From the IMG/VR virus record IMGVR_UViG_3300008114_000018: DNA of 64,000 nucleotides. One strand, 5' to 3'. The notes beneath the pieces were generated by a model. It saw only the letters and a list, made by a program, of their open reading frames with translations. It did not search any database and had not been told where the DNA came from. Positions 47,832 through 58,293 of this stretch are shown in pieces. The stretch comes from an uncultured virus (IMG/VR IMGVR_UViG_3300008114_000018). Taxonomy: Duplodnaviria; Heunggongvirae; Uroviricota; Caudoviricetes. How positions within the stretch are numbered: the first letter of the stretch is position 1; every line of letters begins with the position of its first letter. A program made the position numbers and the translations under genes.

Positions 47832-49081
47832 TTAATTTATTCTACGACAATTTAATTACAGGAAATGGTTCAAGTGAAATTGATAATCCAGTTCGCCCCA
47901 CAATTAGCATTACACACCATTTAACTCAGTTGGGCGTAGAATTCACAACTCATCAAATCAATTCAGAAACCAAACTAGACCACAATCAAACTAATTTATA
48001 CGTTATTGAATTAATGTATGGGAATAAGATTGATGAGATATTTAAAAATTTAAGTGAGCAGGCACTAACATTTTTACGCAATGACATAAAGCTATTAGTT
48101 TATTTTCCATATGAGGGTTTTGAACTCAAATTATACGAAAATTGGTTTTATAAATTACACAAAGGGTTTATAAACCATAATATCACTTGCAAAAAATACT
48201 TTGTATTTAATAACTTGTATATGGAAGACCATTACAAGCATTTTTTATTAGAAAATACGATAGGTGAACAGTTTCAATTCAACAACGTGTTCGGGTTCCC
48301 CTATTTTCAATTCGAATACTATCACACAGTAAAAGAACAAGTTGAAGAAGGACTTCCACAAGTTAAAGTAGAAAACCTTTTTAACAAAGATAAAGATTAT
48401 TTGTGCTTAAATTCTAAAATAAGAGCCCATAGAGTGTTTTTAGTAAGTGAGTTGGAACGTAGAGAAATAGAAAAAAATTGTTATCTAAGTATGATGGGTA
48501 GCACATTTAAGTACGACGAAACTACAATAGAATTTGCCAAAAATGTATTATCGCAATACATGAAAAACTCCGAGATGGTTAGTCAACCAATGATTGATGG
48601 GGTGCGTAAATACGTTGATGATTGGAAAGAACGACTTTTAGATAGTGATGCTAATAACTTAAACGACAGAGTATTAGATCCAAAATACTATGAGTCAAGT
48701 TTCTTCAGTATAGTAAGCGAAACTGGAATGAGTCATCATTTAAGATTGACTGAAAAGCCATTCAGAGCGATAGTAAACTATCACCCATATATTATTGTGG
48801 GATGTAACGGTACTTTAGAATATCTAAAGTCATTAGGTTTTGAAACTTTCCCTGAATTGTTTGATGAAAGTTATGATAATGAACCAGATATGGCTAAACG
48901 ATTATTAATGGTAATTAATGAGGTAGAAAAGTTTGTCAATCTTACATTCGACGAAAAAATGTCGAGATATAGAATGGTACACGATAAAGTATTACACAAC
49001 AGAGAAGTATTTTTTAATAAAGTCGCAGTTGATACTATTAATGACTTTAAAAAGATTTTTGAGTATATAAAAAATGACTGA
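47828..49081 (+). CDS. Putative glycosyltransferase (GT-B, fucosyltransferase-like C-terminus)
   Basis: SIVSET...LTEK..RAI....PYIIVG...LKSLGFETF..FDESYD. Confidence 0.55.
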   Translation: MINLFYDNLITGNGSSEIDNPVRPTISITHHLTQLGVEFTTHQINSETKLDHNQTNLYVIELMYGNKIDEIFKNLSEQALTFLRNDIKLLVYFPYEGFELKLYENWFYKLHKGFINHNITCKKYFVFNNLYMEDHYKHFLLENTIGEQFQFNNVFGFPYFQFEYYHTVKEQVEEGLPQVKVENLFNKDKDYLCLNSKIRAHRVFLVSELERREIEKNCYLSMMGSTFKYDETTIEFAKNVLSQYMKNSEMVSQPMIDGVRKYVDDWKERLLDSDANNLNDRVLDPKYYESSFFSIVSETGMSHHLRLTEKPFRAIVNYHPYIIVGCNGTLEYLKSLGFETFPELFDESYDNEPDMAKRLLMVINEVEKFVNLTFDEKMSRYRMVHDKVLHNREVFFNKVAVDTINDFKKIFEYIKND

Positions 49082-50486
49082 ACAATTTTGGAAAACACAC
49101 AACAGCCCTAAACTGGCTGAACTACAGACAAACATAGAGCAACTAGCCGGTACAGATACATTCTGTGTATTACCTTGGATACACTTTGCTACTAGACCAA
49201 ATGGCGATATGAGATTATGCTGCTCTGCTAATGCAAGCGGTGCAGGACTAGATCATACAGTTGGATTAGTAAAAAACGAAACAGGAAAGCCTGCTAACTT
49301 TGGTAAAGAAACTCCATTAAGTGCATGGAACAATGACTACATGAAAAGTGTACGCACAACTATGCTACGGAATGAAATACCTAGTAGTTGCAGTAAGTGC
49401 TTTGAAGAAGAAGGTAAAGGTGTAGTCAGTAAGCGTATGTGGGAAAGCAACACATGGATGGCTGATGGTTTAGATATACCTGAACTCGTAAGACAAACAC
49501 AAGAAGATGGCACTATACCTGACAAACTTGTTTACTTAGACTTGCGTTTAGGTCATACGTGTAATCTTAAATGTATTATGTGTAGCCCACATGATAGTAG
49601 TAAATGGGTACAAGATTACAAAAAAGTGTTTCCTATACTACAAAGTGAGGTAGTTAAATCACAAATTGCATGGGAGCAATCAGAGTTTAATAATCAATGG
49701 TATGAGAATCCATCGTTCTGGGAACAGATGTTTGAGCAGATTCCTAATCTCAAACAAGTGTACTTTGCAGGTGGTGAACCACTAATGATCAAAGAACACA
49801 AAATGTTTTTAGAAGAAATCATACGCAGAGGATATGCTGATAAGATATTAATTCGTTACAACAGTAATGGATTGTTATTAGATCAGGATACAATTGATTT
49901 ATGGAAACAGTTTAAGAAAGTTAAATTCGCAGTAAGTATTGATGACATTGGAGATAGAAATTACTTCATACGTTATCCAGCAGATTGGGCCACACTTGAA
50001 AAGAACATGCACATTCTAGATCAGACACCTAGCAACATTCATGTGAGTATCGCAACTGCTATTCAAATACTTAATATTAAAACGTTACCTGAACTAGCAA
50101 AGTGGAAGATTAATCAAGGATTCAAAAAGATTAATTTAGAAAATGTATACGACGGTGTACAAGCAGGTGGCGGTATATTCAATATGCATTTGCTCTATAT
50201 ACCAACATTCTTAAGTTGTAGACTATTGCCTGAAGAAGATAAACGTGAAGTTCGTAAGATATACGGTGAGTTTGCTACATGGCTACATGAGAATTATAGA
50301 CAAGATGAAGATTTTTGGAAGATAAATCCATATGGCTGGAAGCGTTGGCAAGCTATACTAGACTTTATGGATGCAGAAGATCATACGCATTTATTACCAG
50401 ACTTTAAAGAATACATTCACAAAATGGATAATATTCGTGGCACTGACTTTAAACAAATATTCCCTGGATTAGCACACTTACTATGA
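49074..50486 (+). CDS. Radical SAM protein with N-terminal SPASM/Twitch-like domain
   Basis: FCVLPW...RLCC...CSKC, then CNLKCIMC and FAGGEP. Confidence 0.9.
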   Translation: MTEQFWKTHNSPKLAELQTNIEQLAGTDTFCVLPWIHFATRPNGDMRLCCSANASGAGLDHTVGLVKNETGKPANFGKETPLSAWNNDYMKSVRTTMLRNEIPSSCSKCFEEEGKGVVSKRMWESNTWMADGLDIPELVRQTQEDGTIPDKLVYLDLRLGHTCNLKCIMCSPHDSSKWVQDYKKVFPILQSEVVKSQIAWEQSEFNNQWYENPSFWEQMFEQIPNLKQVYFAGGEPLMIKEHKMFLEEIIRRGYADKILIRYNSNGLLLDQDTIDLWKQFKKVKFAVSIDDIGDRNYFIRYPADWATLEKNMHILDQTPSNIHVSIATAIQILNIKTLPELAKWKINQGFKKINLENVYDGVQAGGGIFNMHLLYIPTFLSCRLLPEEDKREVRKIYGEFATWLHENYRQDEDFWKINPYGWKRWQAILDFMDAEDHTHLLPDFKEYIHKMDNIRGTDFKQIFPGLAHLL

Positions 50487-51490
50487 AAAAGATCATTAAG
50501 ATAATAAACGTACAAGAAAACAATGTACTGGACATACGCTTTTGGCCTACGGATATATGTAATTATGATTGCAGTTATTGCTTTCCAAATAGTAAAGATG
50601 CCATATATAGATATCCAAAAAATGTTGACACCGTAGTCAGAAACTTTAGAAAACTTTTTAATGTTTACAATGAAAAGTTTGGTAAAGACACATTCTATAT
50701 TAACTTAGTAGGTGGTGGTGAACCAACACTATGGCCTCAGTTCAGTTATTTTTGTGAACACATTAAGAAAGAACACAATGTAAGACTACAAGTTACTACA
50801 AATGGTAGCAGAACACTACGTTGGTGGGAAGAAAATATACAGTACCTAGATAAAGTTGTGTTAAGTTGCCACAATGAATTTGTAGATTTAGAAAATTTTA
50901 TTAATGTTGCGGATTATGTGTATGAGCAAGGCAAAGTTATAAATGCACTTGTTCTTATGGATGCGCCTAACTTTGATAAGTGTGTAAACATAGTAGAAAC
51001 TATGAAGTCTACTAGCAAACATCCATGGCTGATTGAAGTAAAAACTGTTGTAGATAGTCCTGGACACGATGTTGGTTCGTACACAGAAGAACAATTAAAA
51101 TATATGCGTATGGGACTTAAGAGAATACCAGATGGAGAGTGGATACTTAAGCACATGGATCAATTAGTTCCATTCAAAAGCATTGGAATGTTTGATGATG
51201 GTTCTGTAAAGCCATTTAAACCTGATGACTATATTAGTCAACAAATAAACAATTTTTACAATTGGAAATGTAACGTGTCAATTGAAAATCTTGTTATCAG
51301 CTATGATGGTAAAGTAACCGGTAGCTGTCAGGAAGAAGTATTCACTAATACGAATCTTAATATGTTTAGTGAAAACTTTGAAGAAGAATTCAATAGTGAG
51401 GCACTTGCACTGAAACCAATTATATGTCCTAGATTACACTGTGGATGTACGCCAGATACGCATATCACTAAAGAGAAGGTGCAAACTTAG
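50483..51490 (+). CDS. Radical SAM protein
   Basis: CNYDCSYC, GGGEP. Confidence 0.9.
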   Translation: MKKIIKIINVQENNVLDIRFWPTDICNYDCSYCFPNSKDAIYRYPKNVDTVVRNFRKLFNVYNEKFGKDTFYINLVGGGEPTLWPQFSYFCEHIKKEHNVRLQVTTNGSRTLRWWEENIQYLDKVVLSCHNEFVDLENFINVADYVYEQGKVINALVLMDAPNFDKCVNIVETMKSTSKHPWLIEVKTVVDSPGHDVGSYTEEQLKYMRMGLKRIPDGEWILKHMDQLVPFKSIGMFDDGSVKPFKPDDYISQQINNFYNWKCNVSIENLVISYDGKVTGSCQEEVFTNTNLNMFSENFEEEFNSEALALKPIICPRLHCGCTPDTHITKEKVQT

Positions 51491-52355
51491 TAATAGGAAT
51501 GTCAGCCGCACATGTGCAGAACTCTCTTGTACATGTGATAGGCTCTTTGGGTATATCAAAAGTACCATTGTAGATATTACCCAAACTACCGCCTACTCTG
51601 CAAGTCGCACGATGTACTTCACCATCCCAGTTAATCATCAAGCTTTCTAATCCTATATTACAAGTCCAATCTTTGAACTTGTTGAGGTGTAATTTAATAA
51701 TTTCATTAGCATGATACTTGTGTTCATCATCTACAACGGTGTTAGGTTGCGTTTTAGCCTCGTACCCTTTTATCCAATCTAAATCATTCTGATCGTATTT
51801 CATATCATCAAACAAATCATGATCACCTTCAGTCCAACGAACACGACGGATGATATGATGAACTCCGTGCTGCTGTAGTATATCAACTGCTTCTCTAACA
51901 TCTTTCATTAGGTCTTGATGAGCCATTACATGTACGACAGTAGTTCTAAACTTGCTTACTTCAACAATTGTTTTTAGTACTCTTCTCCAATCATATTCAA
52001 AGTGTAAACTGAAAACAAATTGATCGGCTTTTTGTTGTAGATACCATGAGTAAGGTCTAGTACCATTTGTAGTAACGCTTACCCATTCTACTTTATTATC
52101 TTTTGCATGTTTAATTATTTCTTCAAAGTTGGGATGTACTGTTGGTTCACCACCCGTAAAACTTAACCTAATAGGTCTACCTATATCAAGTAATTTATTA
52201 ATAGAACGTTTAATTATTTCAATATCAGTATGTGGACTGGTGTTGTCATGTATAACCGCAGGACAATAACTACAATCGTAATTGCACCGCTTACCTAAAT
52301 TCCATTCTACTTTAATAGAATTTTGATGCGACCATCTGCTAGTAACTTTAAACAT
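51468..52355 (-). CDS. Radical SAM protein
   Basis: CNYDCSYC, TGGEP, C-terminal C..FCTCAAD. Confidence 0.9.
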   Translation of the reverse strand: MFKVTSRWSHQNSIKVEWNLGKRCNYDCSYCPAVIHDNTSPHTDIEIIKRSINKLLDIGRPIRLSFTGGEPTVHPNFEEIIKHAKDNKVEWVSVTTNGTRPYSWYLQQKADQFVFSLHFEYDWRRVLKTIVEVSKFRTTVVHVMAHQDLMKDVREAVDILQQHGVHHIIRRVRWTEGDHDLFDDMKYDQNDLDWIKGYEAKTQPNTVVDDEHKYHANEIIKLHLNKFKDWTCNIGLESLMINWDGEVHRATCRVGGSLGNIYNGTFDIPKEPITCTREFCTCAADIPITKFAPSL

Positions 52356-53622
52356 ATGGTGCGAACTCTTTAATTACGCTTTCTAGAGGACCTTGATTTC
52401 TTGTTTTATCTAATCTACGATTGAATTCTACAAACTCTGACCATAAATTATGTTGATCTCTAGCTTCCAAATAGTTTATATTATCTCTTATCTGTTGTCT
52501 AGTTATTCTTTCTAACAAAGGATGCTTTTTAATATTTTCAAATGTCCACAATCTTTTTTCAACAGATTCTAATCTATCTATAGCTAACTCTTTTAACTCA
52601 GTAGGCAATACCTGAGCAGATAAACAATTAGGATAACTGACTCTATGACTGTAGAATACAATATTCATTTCATTGATAAAGTAATCTATACATTCTGCTG
52701 CTTGTAATATGTTACCTGCTTGTGCAGTGAATGCGCCAACTATTCTACTAATGTTAGGTAGTGTTTGCATCTCTTTAATGTTCTTCTCTACCTCAGCAAA
52801 GTTGCTATTGCTTCTAATATAGTTGTAAACATCATGTATGCCGTCTAAGCTAACATTGACTGCGATACTCTTAAAGTGTGGCCAATAATCATGTATCGTT
52901 CTATTCTTGCTGATGCCTAATGTTGTTCCGTTAGTAGCATACTTCAACTCCATGTTCTTACCATATGGCTTTAGCATATCTAATATCTTATAATGCTGTG
53001 GATCCATTAATGGCTCGCCACCTGCAAACTCAACACGACGGAAATGTGGTATTAGTTTTTCAAAGCTGTTCCACCAATTCTCTGTATCGTCAAATGGGCC
53101 TATATATTGTCCGGGCTTGTCAACAAGTTTTGCTACAGTTGGTACAAGATAATTATTTTCTTTTTCATAGAATGGTTTTACTTCATTCCAATCTTGCCAA
53201 CTTGTACTATCAAGTGGGTTACACATTCTACACTTAAGATTACATAGATTATTCAATTTGATTTCCATTGTAGGGAACTCAAATGGCATTGAGTAATCAT
53301 CATTTAAATTGTCTAGTGCGTTTGGGTATAAATTAATTCTAGCTTCTGGTATAACACCATTGATGTGTCGTTGTCTTAAACTCTCTACACCTTGATCTTC
53401 TAAATCAAAGCAAGGCTTACAAACATCAGGTCTTTCACCATTCAATATTTGTTGTCTCACTTTTTTCATTTCATCGTTGTTCCACGCTGATTCTAAACTT
53501 TCGTTCTGAATCCAACCTATGGGTAGACTACGACAACAAATTTTTATCGCACCATCTTCTCTAGTAGCAAGCCCTGTAAAGGGATGCATACAAAATGTTT
53601 TACTTTGATTGTTCAACTGCAT
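52348..53622 (-). CDS. Radical SAM protein with N-terminal SPASM/Twitch-like domain
   Basis: FCMHPF...KICC...CKPC, then CNLKCRMC; MQLNN start preferred over the longer ORF from 53682. Confidence 0.88.
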   Translation of the reverse strand: MQLNNQSKTFCMHPFTGLATREDGAIKICCRSLPIGWIQNESLESAWNNDEMKKVRQQILNGERPDVCKPCFDLEDQGVESLRQRHINGVIPEARINLYPNALDNLNDDYSMPFEFPTMEIKLNNLCNLKCRMCNPLDSTSWQDWNEVKPFYEKENNYLVPTVAKLVDKPGQYIGPFDDTENWWNSFEKLIPHFRRVEFAGGEPLMDPQHYKILDMLKPYGKNMELKYATNGTTLGISKNRTIHDYWPHFKSIAVNVSLDGIHDVYNYIRSNSNFAEVEKNIKEMQTLPNISRIVGAFTAQAGNILQAAECIDYFINEMNIVFYSHRVSYPNCLSAQVLPTELKELAIDRLESVEKRLWTFENIKKHPLLERITRQQIRDNINYLEARDQHNLWSEFVEFNRRLDKTRNQGPLESVIKEFAPYV

Positions 53623-54379
53623 ACTCTCTTTCTTTGCACCAAAAGCATTCACCGCATACAGGAACATGTTGACCCCGCACATAGGTTTTGTAGTCTAACT
53701 CTGGAAACTCGCCCTCACAACTTCTGGTTAAATTAAATAATCTCATTATTCCTAATATTCTATATTGTAACACAACCCATGACTTATCTATGAATCTAAA
53801 GGGATGACATGCCAATATATCTAAATGGTTCATTACCATTAATCTAAAATTTTCTTCATTTGGTTCAACATCTCTTGCTGATAAGCTATAATCATGCAAA
53901 TTTACTTCTGGGTTTTTAGTTACCGCGTTAAAATATGCGTCAACCTTATTGTGAAAACTTACATACTCAGCCCATGCTCGTAATTCCATTGTATCACCAC
54001 TGACTGTTTTACCATATTCATCAGTCAAGTTCTGACCACTAAAGCCATGTTCTAATTCAGGTGGTACGAAATTTTCATGTATAGTAAAATGTATTTCTGG
54101 GAAATGTTTTTCAAAGTAATCAACAACAATATCTCTTACAGGACCTTGCCAAGGTCTAGTTTTCCAACATCTTATATTACATACTAAGTGTATGTCAATT
54201 TTGGCTTTTGTATCTAGTATTTTCTTGCATAGTAAATAGAGCAATAATGCTGAATCAGCACCACCGCTTAATGCTAAACTGATTCTGCGCCATCTAGGGT
54301 CAAATGGTATAATTAATCCATTAAAGTTATCTACAGGTCCTGTATAATTTTTGTAGAGTTCATTGATTTTTTCTAACAT
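53600..54379 (-). CDS. PP-loop ATPase (QueC-like adenine nucleotide alpha hydrolase)
   Basis: LSGGADS; TRSC...CGECFWCKER. Confidence 0.75.
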   Translation of the reverse strand: MLEKINELYKNYTGPVDNFNGLIIPFDPRWRRISLALSGGADSALLLYLLCKKILDTKAKIDIHLVCNIRCWKTRPWQGPVRDIVVDYFEKHFPEIHFTIHENFVPPELEHGFSGQNLTDEYGKTVSGDTMELRAWAEYVSFHNKVDAYFNAVTKNPEVNLHDYSLSARDVEPNEENFRLMVMNHLDILACHPFRFIDKSWVVLQYRILGIMRLFNLTRSCEGEFPELDYKTYVRGQHVPVCGECFWCKEREYAVEQSK

Positions 54380-54407
54380 AACAAGCTATTTATAACTAAA
54401 TACCTGT

Positions 54408-55082
54408 ATGATCAATAAAACAGAATGGTATATTCCTAGTGAGTTACTAGAAGAAGCGATAGGCACACTCCCAAATATAGACTATAGACTAACACTAAAC
54501 GAACCTACGGGTAGATTCTTTTATGACAAATGGAAAGTAAAAGAAGAATTTGTAGGTACAGTTTGGGAAGAAATACTTAACTCATTGCCATACGAAAAGG
54601 GTGAGGCAAGATTAATTAAATTAGAACCAGGTACTACATATATGTCACATGCTGATTTAGATGATCGTTGGCATATGTCATTAACTGGTAACCAAAGCTA
54701 TCTCATTAATTTGTCAGATGACATTATGTATAAATTAGATATTGATGGTTATTGGCATAGTATGAATGCAGGAAAACTACATGTAGCCGCTAACTTTGGT
54801 GAGATACCAAGAGTACAATTAGTTGTAAGACAATTACTAAAACAACCTAAATATACATCAGATTTTGTTCAATTAAAAATAATTCCAGCTATAGAAAGAT
54901 TTGATAGTAGGTACCAATTTGATAAAACAATTAGTCCATGGTTAAATCAACATATTAAGACAGGTGATATCAGCGATTTATCAGTAGAGAATGGAATCGT
55001 TAGTATGAAACTATTTGATGGTTTTCTGATTAAATTAAATGAAATTGTGAAACCTTATTTTAAGGTAGTTCTTTCCAACTAG
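54408..55082 (+). CDS. AspH-like 2OG-Fe(II) oxygenase
   Basis: ARLIKL.PG..Y.SHAD...H.A.NFG...R.QLV. Confidence 0.7.
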   Translation: MINKTEWYIPSELLEEAIGTLPNIDYRLTLNEPTGRFFYDKWKVKEEFVGTVWEEILNSLPYEKGEARLIKLEPGTTYMSHADLDDRWHMSLTGNQSYLINLSDDIMYKLDIDGYWHSMNAGKLHVAANFGEIPRVQLVVRQLLKQPKYTSDFVQLKIIPAIERFDSRYQFDKTISPWLNQHIKTGDISDLSVENGIVSMKLFDGFLIKLNEIVKPYFKVVLSN

Positions 55083-55629
55083 GGTATTTACTTAAACTCT
55101 CGTAAAACTTGTCAGGGAATATCTGCCATACAGTCTGATCTATTCCCCTATAGAATACATCTTTGACTTTCTTAGCGATACCCATTTCTTGCAAAGTAGG
55201 AAAGTAAACTTTATGTACTAAACTTTGTTTACCTACTTTACTATCATTACTTGTAGCATATAACCTGTCCGTATCAGCCCACTCAATACACTGTGGCATA
55301 TAATACTGATCTGTAACATGTTGATGCGTTTGTATTCTTTTATAAGGACTTATTAATCCTTTTTCCAATGCTGTAATCTCAGGAAACACACAAACTCTAC
55401 TTAGTATCCTATAACTACCATCGCCCATAACATCGTCAAATGTATGTGCTGCTACTGATCCAACTGCTTTATCATCTTGATATAGTACCCAAACATTCCA
55501 TCGTTCTTCTTTGCGGAAGCAATCAACCATAACATGTTGACTGCTATTGTTTAGAAAGCCTTTACTTTCAGCAGTTCTATAAAAATCATTAAGATTGAGC
55601 TTAGGATCCCATTCTACAAGTTTAAGCAT
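55060..55629 (-). CDS. Putative GNAT-fold acyltransferase
   Basis: WVLY....VGSVAAH...RILSR.CV pattern; weak call. Confidence 0.45.
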   Translation of the reverse strand: MLKLVEWDPKLNLNDFYRTAESKGFLNNSSQHVMVDCFRKEERWNVWVLYQDDKAVGSVAAHTFDDVMGDGSYRILSRVCVFPEITALEKGLISPYKRIQTHQHVTDQYYMPQCIEWADTDRLYATSNDSKVGKQSLVHKVYFPTLQEMGIAKKVKDVFYRGIDQTVWQIFPDKFYESLSKYPSWKELP

Positions 55630-56311
55630 ATATCTCTTTAGCCTTGTTTATAAAATCTATAGGATAGTTGTTACTAAAACTATCAAAGCATAATATCTGT
55701 GCTTTTTGTAGGGGTGTAGGTTCGTCCCAACTTATACCTTTACTTTCACTGTATTTTTGTAACTCTAGTCTACGGTTACTACTAATATGACTTAGTACAT
55801 CACTTATCTTTATTGTTTCTTCATCACCGCTGTATGTGAAAAAATAATTGATGCTTTTTAATTTACCATCAACAATAAAGTAACTACTAGGATGCATACT
55901 AAATTTATATAAGTTTAAACTTCTGTGTGCTTTGATTATCTCTAGCATTTGTTCTTGCCAGTCGGGTAATATATTATTATAGTTTTCTTCCAAACAGCCT
56001 GATTGTTCCCAAAAATCATCACCATCTACTTCTAAGTAAATCTTCTTATTAATTAAATCTATTTCTCTAATATTAGGAACTAAATCAGGAAACTCTTTAC
56101 TCATAAGATAAATGTATTGTAGTTCTCTATCCCACTTCTCTTGCATCTTTTCGGGATCAACGACTTCATTCATACCCTTATGATAGTCTGTATCATTGTG
56201 ATACCATTTTACAAATGTTTTCTTGTCATCAGACATTAAACTTGTATAGATTAAATTATTTCTGCACTGACCAATACCAGGCACATTATTGTAATAGTAA
56301 GAATAGCTCAT
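55622..56311 (-). CDS. Kinase-like fold protein
   Basis: FVK...W.RELQY...P....D....KIYLE...HPSSYF..DG.LK.I. Confidence 0.45.
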   Translation of the reverse strand: MSYSYYYNNVPGIGQCRNNLIYTSLMSDDKKTFVKWYHNDTDYHKGMNEVVDPEKMQEKWDRELQYIYLMSKEFPDLVPNIREIDLINKKIYLEVDGDDFWEQSGCLEENYNNILPDWQEQMLEIIKAHRSLNLYKFSMHPSSYFIVDGKLKSINYFFTYSGDEETIKISDVLSHISSNRRLELQKYSESKGISWDEPTPLQKAQILCFDSFSNNYPIDFINKAKEIYA

Positions 56312-56347
56312 ATAAATACTTATAATTCAAAATAGGGAACCAAAAAA

Positions 56348-57157
56348 ATGATCAGAGGTATCGGTGGCAGACCATATGTAAACTTAGATGAATTTATTGA
56401 TATTGAAAAATTTAAAAGTTTACATCCAGAAATAATGCATGGATTTGCTACAGCAAGACAATTCGCTAAAGAAGGCACTTGGATGAAGCCAGGCTTTGAT
56501 ACTGCAAAAGGCAGTTATCAATATTTTTGGAAACCTATTTACAAAGCAGTTGAAGAATATCTAGCATTACCCGATGACGATCCAATTAAAGTAGGTGGTT
56601 GGGATTTATATACAAGCATTAAAGATCATCATACTAGAAATATATTCACACGATATTTAAAAATGGCAATGGGTGCATATGACCCATACATTTATTATTT
56701 CTTATGGGAAGAAGGTAGTTGGGACGATAGAACTGCACCTAGAAAATTAACAGAAGAAGCTGTACACTTTCCTAATGTTGTGCAATGGATTGAAAGCATG
56801 GTAGGAACAGTCTTTGAAGATGTGGGTAGAGTTATTTTCTTTCATTGTGAAGCAGATGGCATACCTTTTGAACACAGAGACCTAGATGCCAAGAACGGCG
56901 TTATGGATGAAAACATGTATAGCCCACATAGAAATGAATTCATACATCTAAGAGCAAACACAAAGAAAGGATTCTATGTATGGGATCCTGATGCTAAAAA
57001 CAAATATTTCTTAAACTGTCACGCAGCTTGGTGGAACGACCAAGACTGGCATGGTGGCGAAAGAATAATGGAACAGAGTTATAGTTTACGAATAGACGGA
57101 AAGTTTACTGAGGATTTTAGAAAACAGATTGGTGTTGATCACTTAGAATACTATTGA
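56348..57157 (+). CDS. 2OG-Fe(II) oxygenase-like protein
   Basis: EHRD...WHG...SLRIDG. Confidence 0.6.
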   Translation: MIRGIGGRPYVNLDEFIDIEKFKSLHPEIMHGFATARQFAKEGTWMKPGFDTAKGSYQYFWKPIYKAVEEYLALPDDDPIKVGGWDLYTSIKDHHTRNIFTRYLKMAMGAYDPYIYYFLWEEGSWDDRTAPRKLTEEAVHFPNVVQWIESMVGTVFEDVGRVIFFHCEADGIPFEHRDLDAKNGVMDENMYSPHRNEFIHLRANTKKGFYVWDPDAKNKYFLNCHAAWWNDQDWHGGERIMEQSYSLRIDGKFTEDFRKQIGVDHLEYY

Positions 57158-57760
57158 TTTAGCTTCTTCTAACACTGTTTCTATTTTGTCGCTACCTGTA
57201 ATTCTTTTTATTTCATTGATTGTTTTTTCAGTTAATTTAACTTTGTATTCAATCTGATGAATTTTAGGGTGTTGTAGCCAAAATTCAATACTATCTATAA
57301 TATCTTTGTAGGTAATGCTGTAATCACTATCAATTCTAGCAGGACTATGATCACTGAGTGTTGATTCAGCAAATGCTATTTTTAATAGCAAGATATTAGC
57401 GATTCGTTCATCATCAATTATACCAATTTTTCTACTAGTTTCTTCTAATTCTAATTTATTAATTATATTTTTTCTACCTAATACTTCTTCATAATCTGTA
57501 ACAGCACTGCCCATAACAACAATATTAGGTGTAATAGTTGATGCCTTAATTAATAAATCTATTTGACTTGATAAGCCATCAAATGCGTTATTGATGAATA
57601 AATCTGCTGTCATTACATGATCTAATATTTTATCAATATCAGCTTTTATATCGTAGCCGTTACTACGTGATAATCCTATTACTTCATGTCCGACATTCTC
57701 AAAATAATCGTAACATGCTTTACCTATACCCTTTGTGTGTCCTGTAATTACTATTTTCAT
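57143..57760 (-). CDS. Short-chain dehydrogenase/reductase (atypical)
   Basis: ITGHTKGIG, FINNA. Confidence 0.8.
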   Translation of the reverse strand: MKIVITGHTKGIGKACYDYFENVGHEVIGLSRSNGYDIKADIDKILDHVMTADLFINNAFDGLSSQIDLLIKASTITPNIVVMGSAVTDYEEVLGRKNIINKLELEETSRKIGIIDDERIANILLLKIAFAESTLSDHSPARIDSDYSITYKDIIDSIEFWLQHPKIHQIEYKVKLTEKTINEIKRITGSDKIETVLEEAKSIVF

Positions 57761-58293
57761 TCGTATGCCAAATAATTAAATTGATATTTTACTGTGTATC
57801 CGAAGTTAGCACTACCATGCCAATCTTTGTAACTATGCCAACGATACACATCCCCTTGTTGCCCACCTACTATGGCATAGTTACTGACTACTGCAACTTG
57901 CCCAGTTCCATCTTTGTTGATTCTTGCTGTATATCTCACTAATGAGCCTTTGTTTTCATACTCATCCGCAAAATCATCTATGTCCCAATGCCATGGTGCA
58001 GTACAACCAGGATTGATTCTGCTTATCCATGCTCTTGCATAATTAGTATTACCTACAAACTCTCCAAATAGCTTATCTATATTTGAATCATAATCTTTGT
58101 TTGGATAGTAATTAATCCACTCTGCACTTTCTTTTAGATAGTTACTGTCGATTGATAGTTGTTTAATTTTTATAAACTCAGGGTGATCCCAATCCCAACG
58201 TGGTAGTGCAACACCTGGTTTGTTTTCTATACTGTTGATGACTTCATCCCAGTTGATTATATTACTACAATTTCCTATGTGGGTTGGACTCAT
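57757..58293 (-). CDS. 2OG-Fe(II) oxygenase-like protein
   Basis: ISRINPGCTAPWHWD...WHGSANFG. Confidence 0.7.
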   Translation of the reverse strand: MSPTHIGNCSNIINWDEVINSIENKPGVALPRWDWDHPEFIKIKQLSIDSNYLKESAEWINYYPNKDYDSNIDKLFGEFVGNTNYARAWISRINPGCTAPWHWDIDDFADEYENKGSLVRYTARINKDGTGQVAVVSNYAIVGGQQGDVYRWHSYKDWHGSANFGYTVKYQFNYLAYE

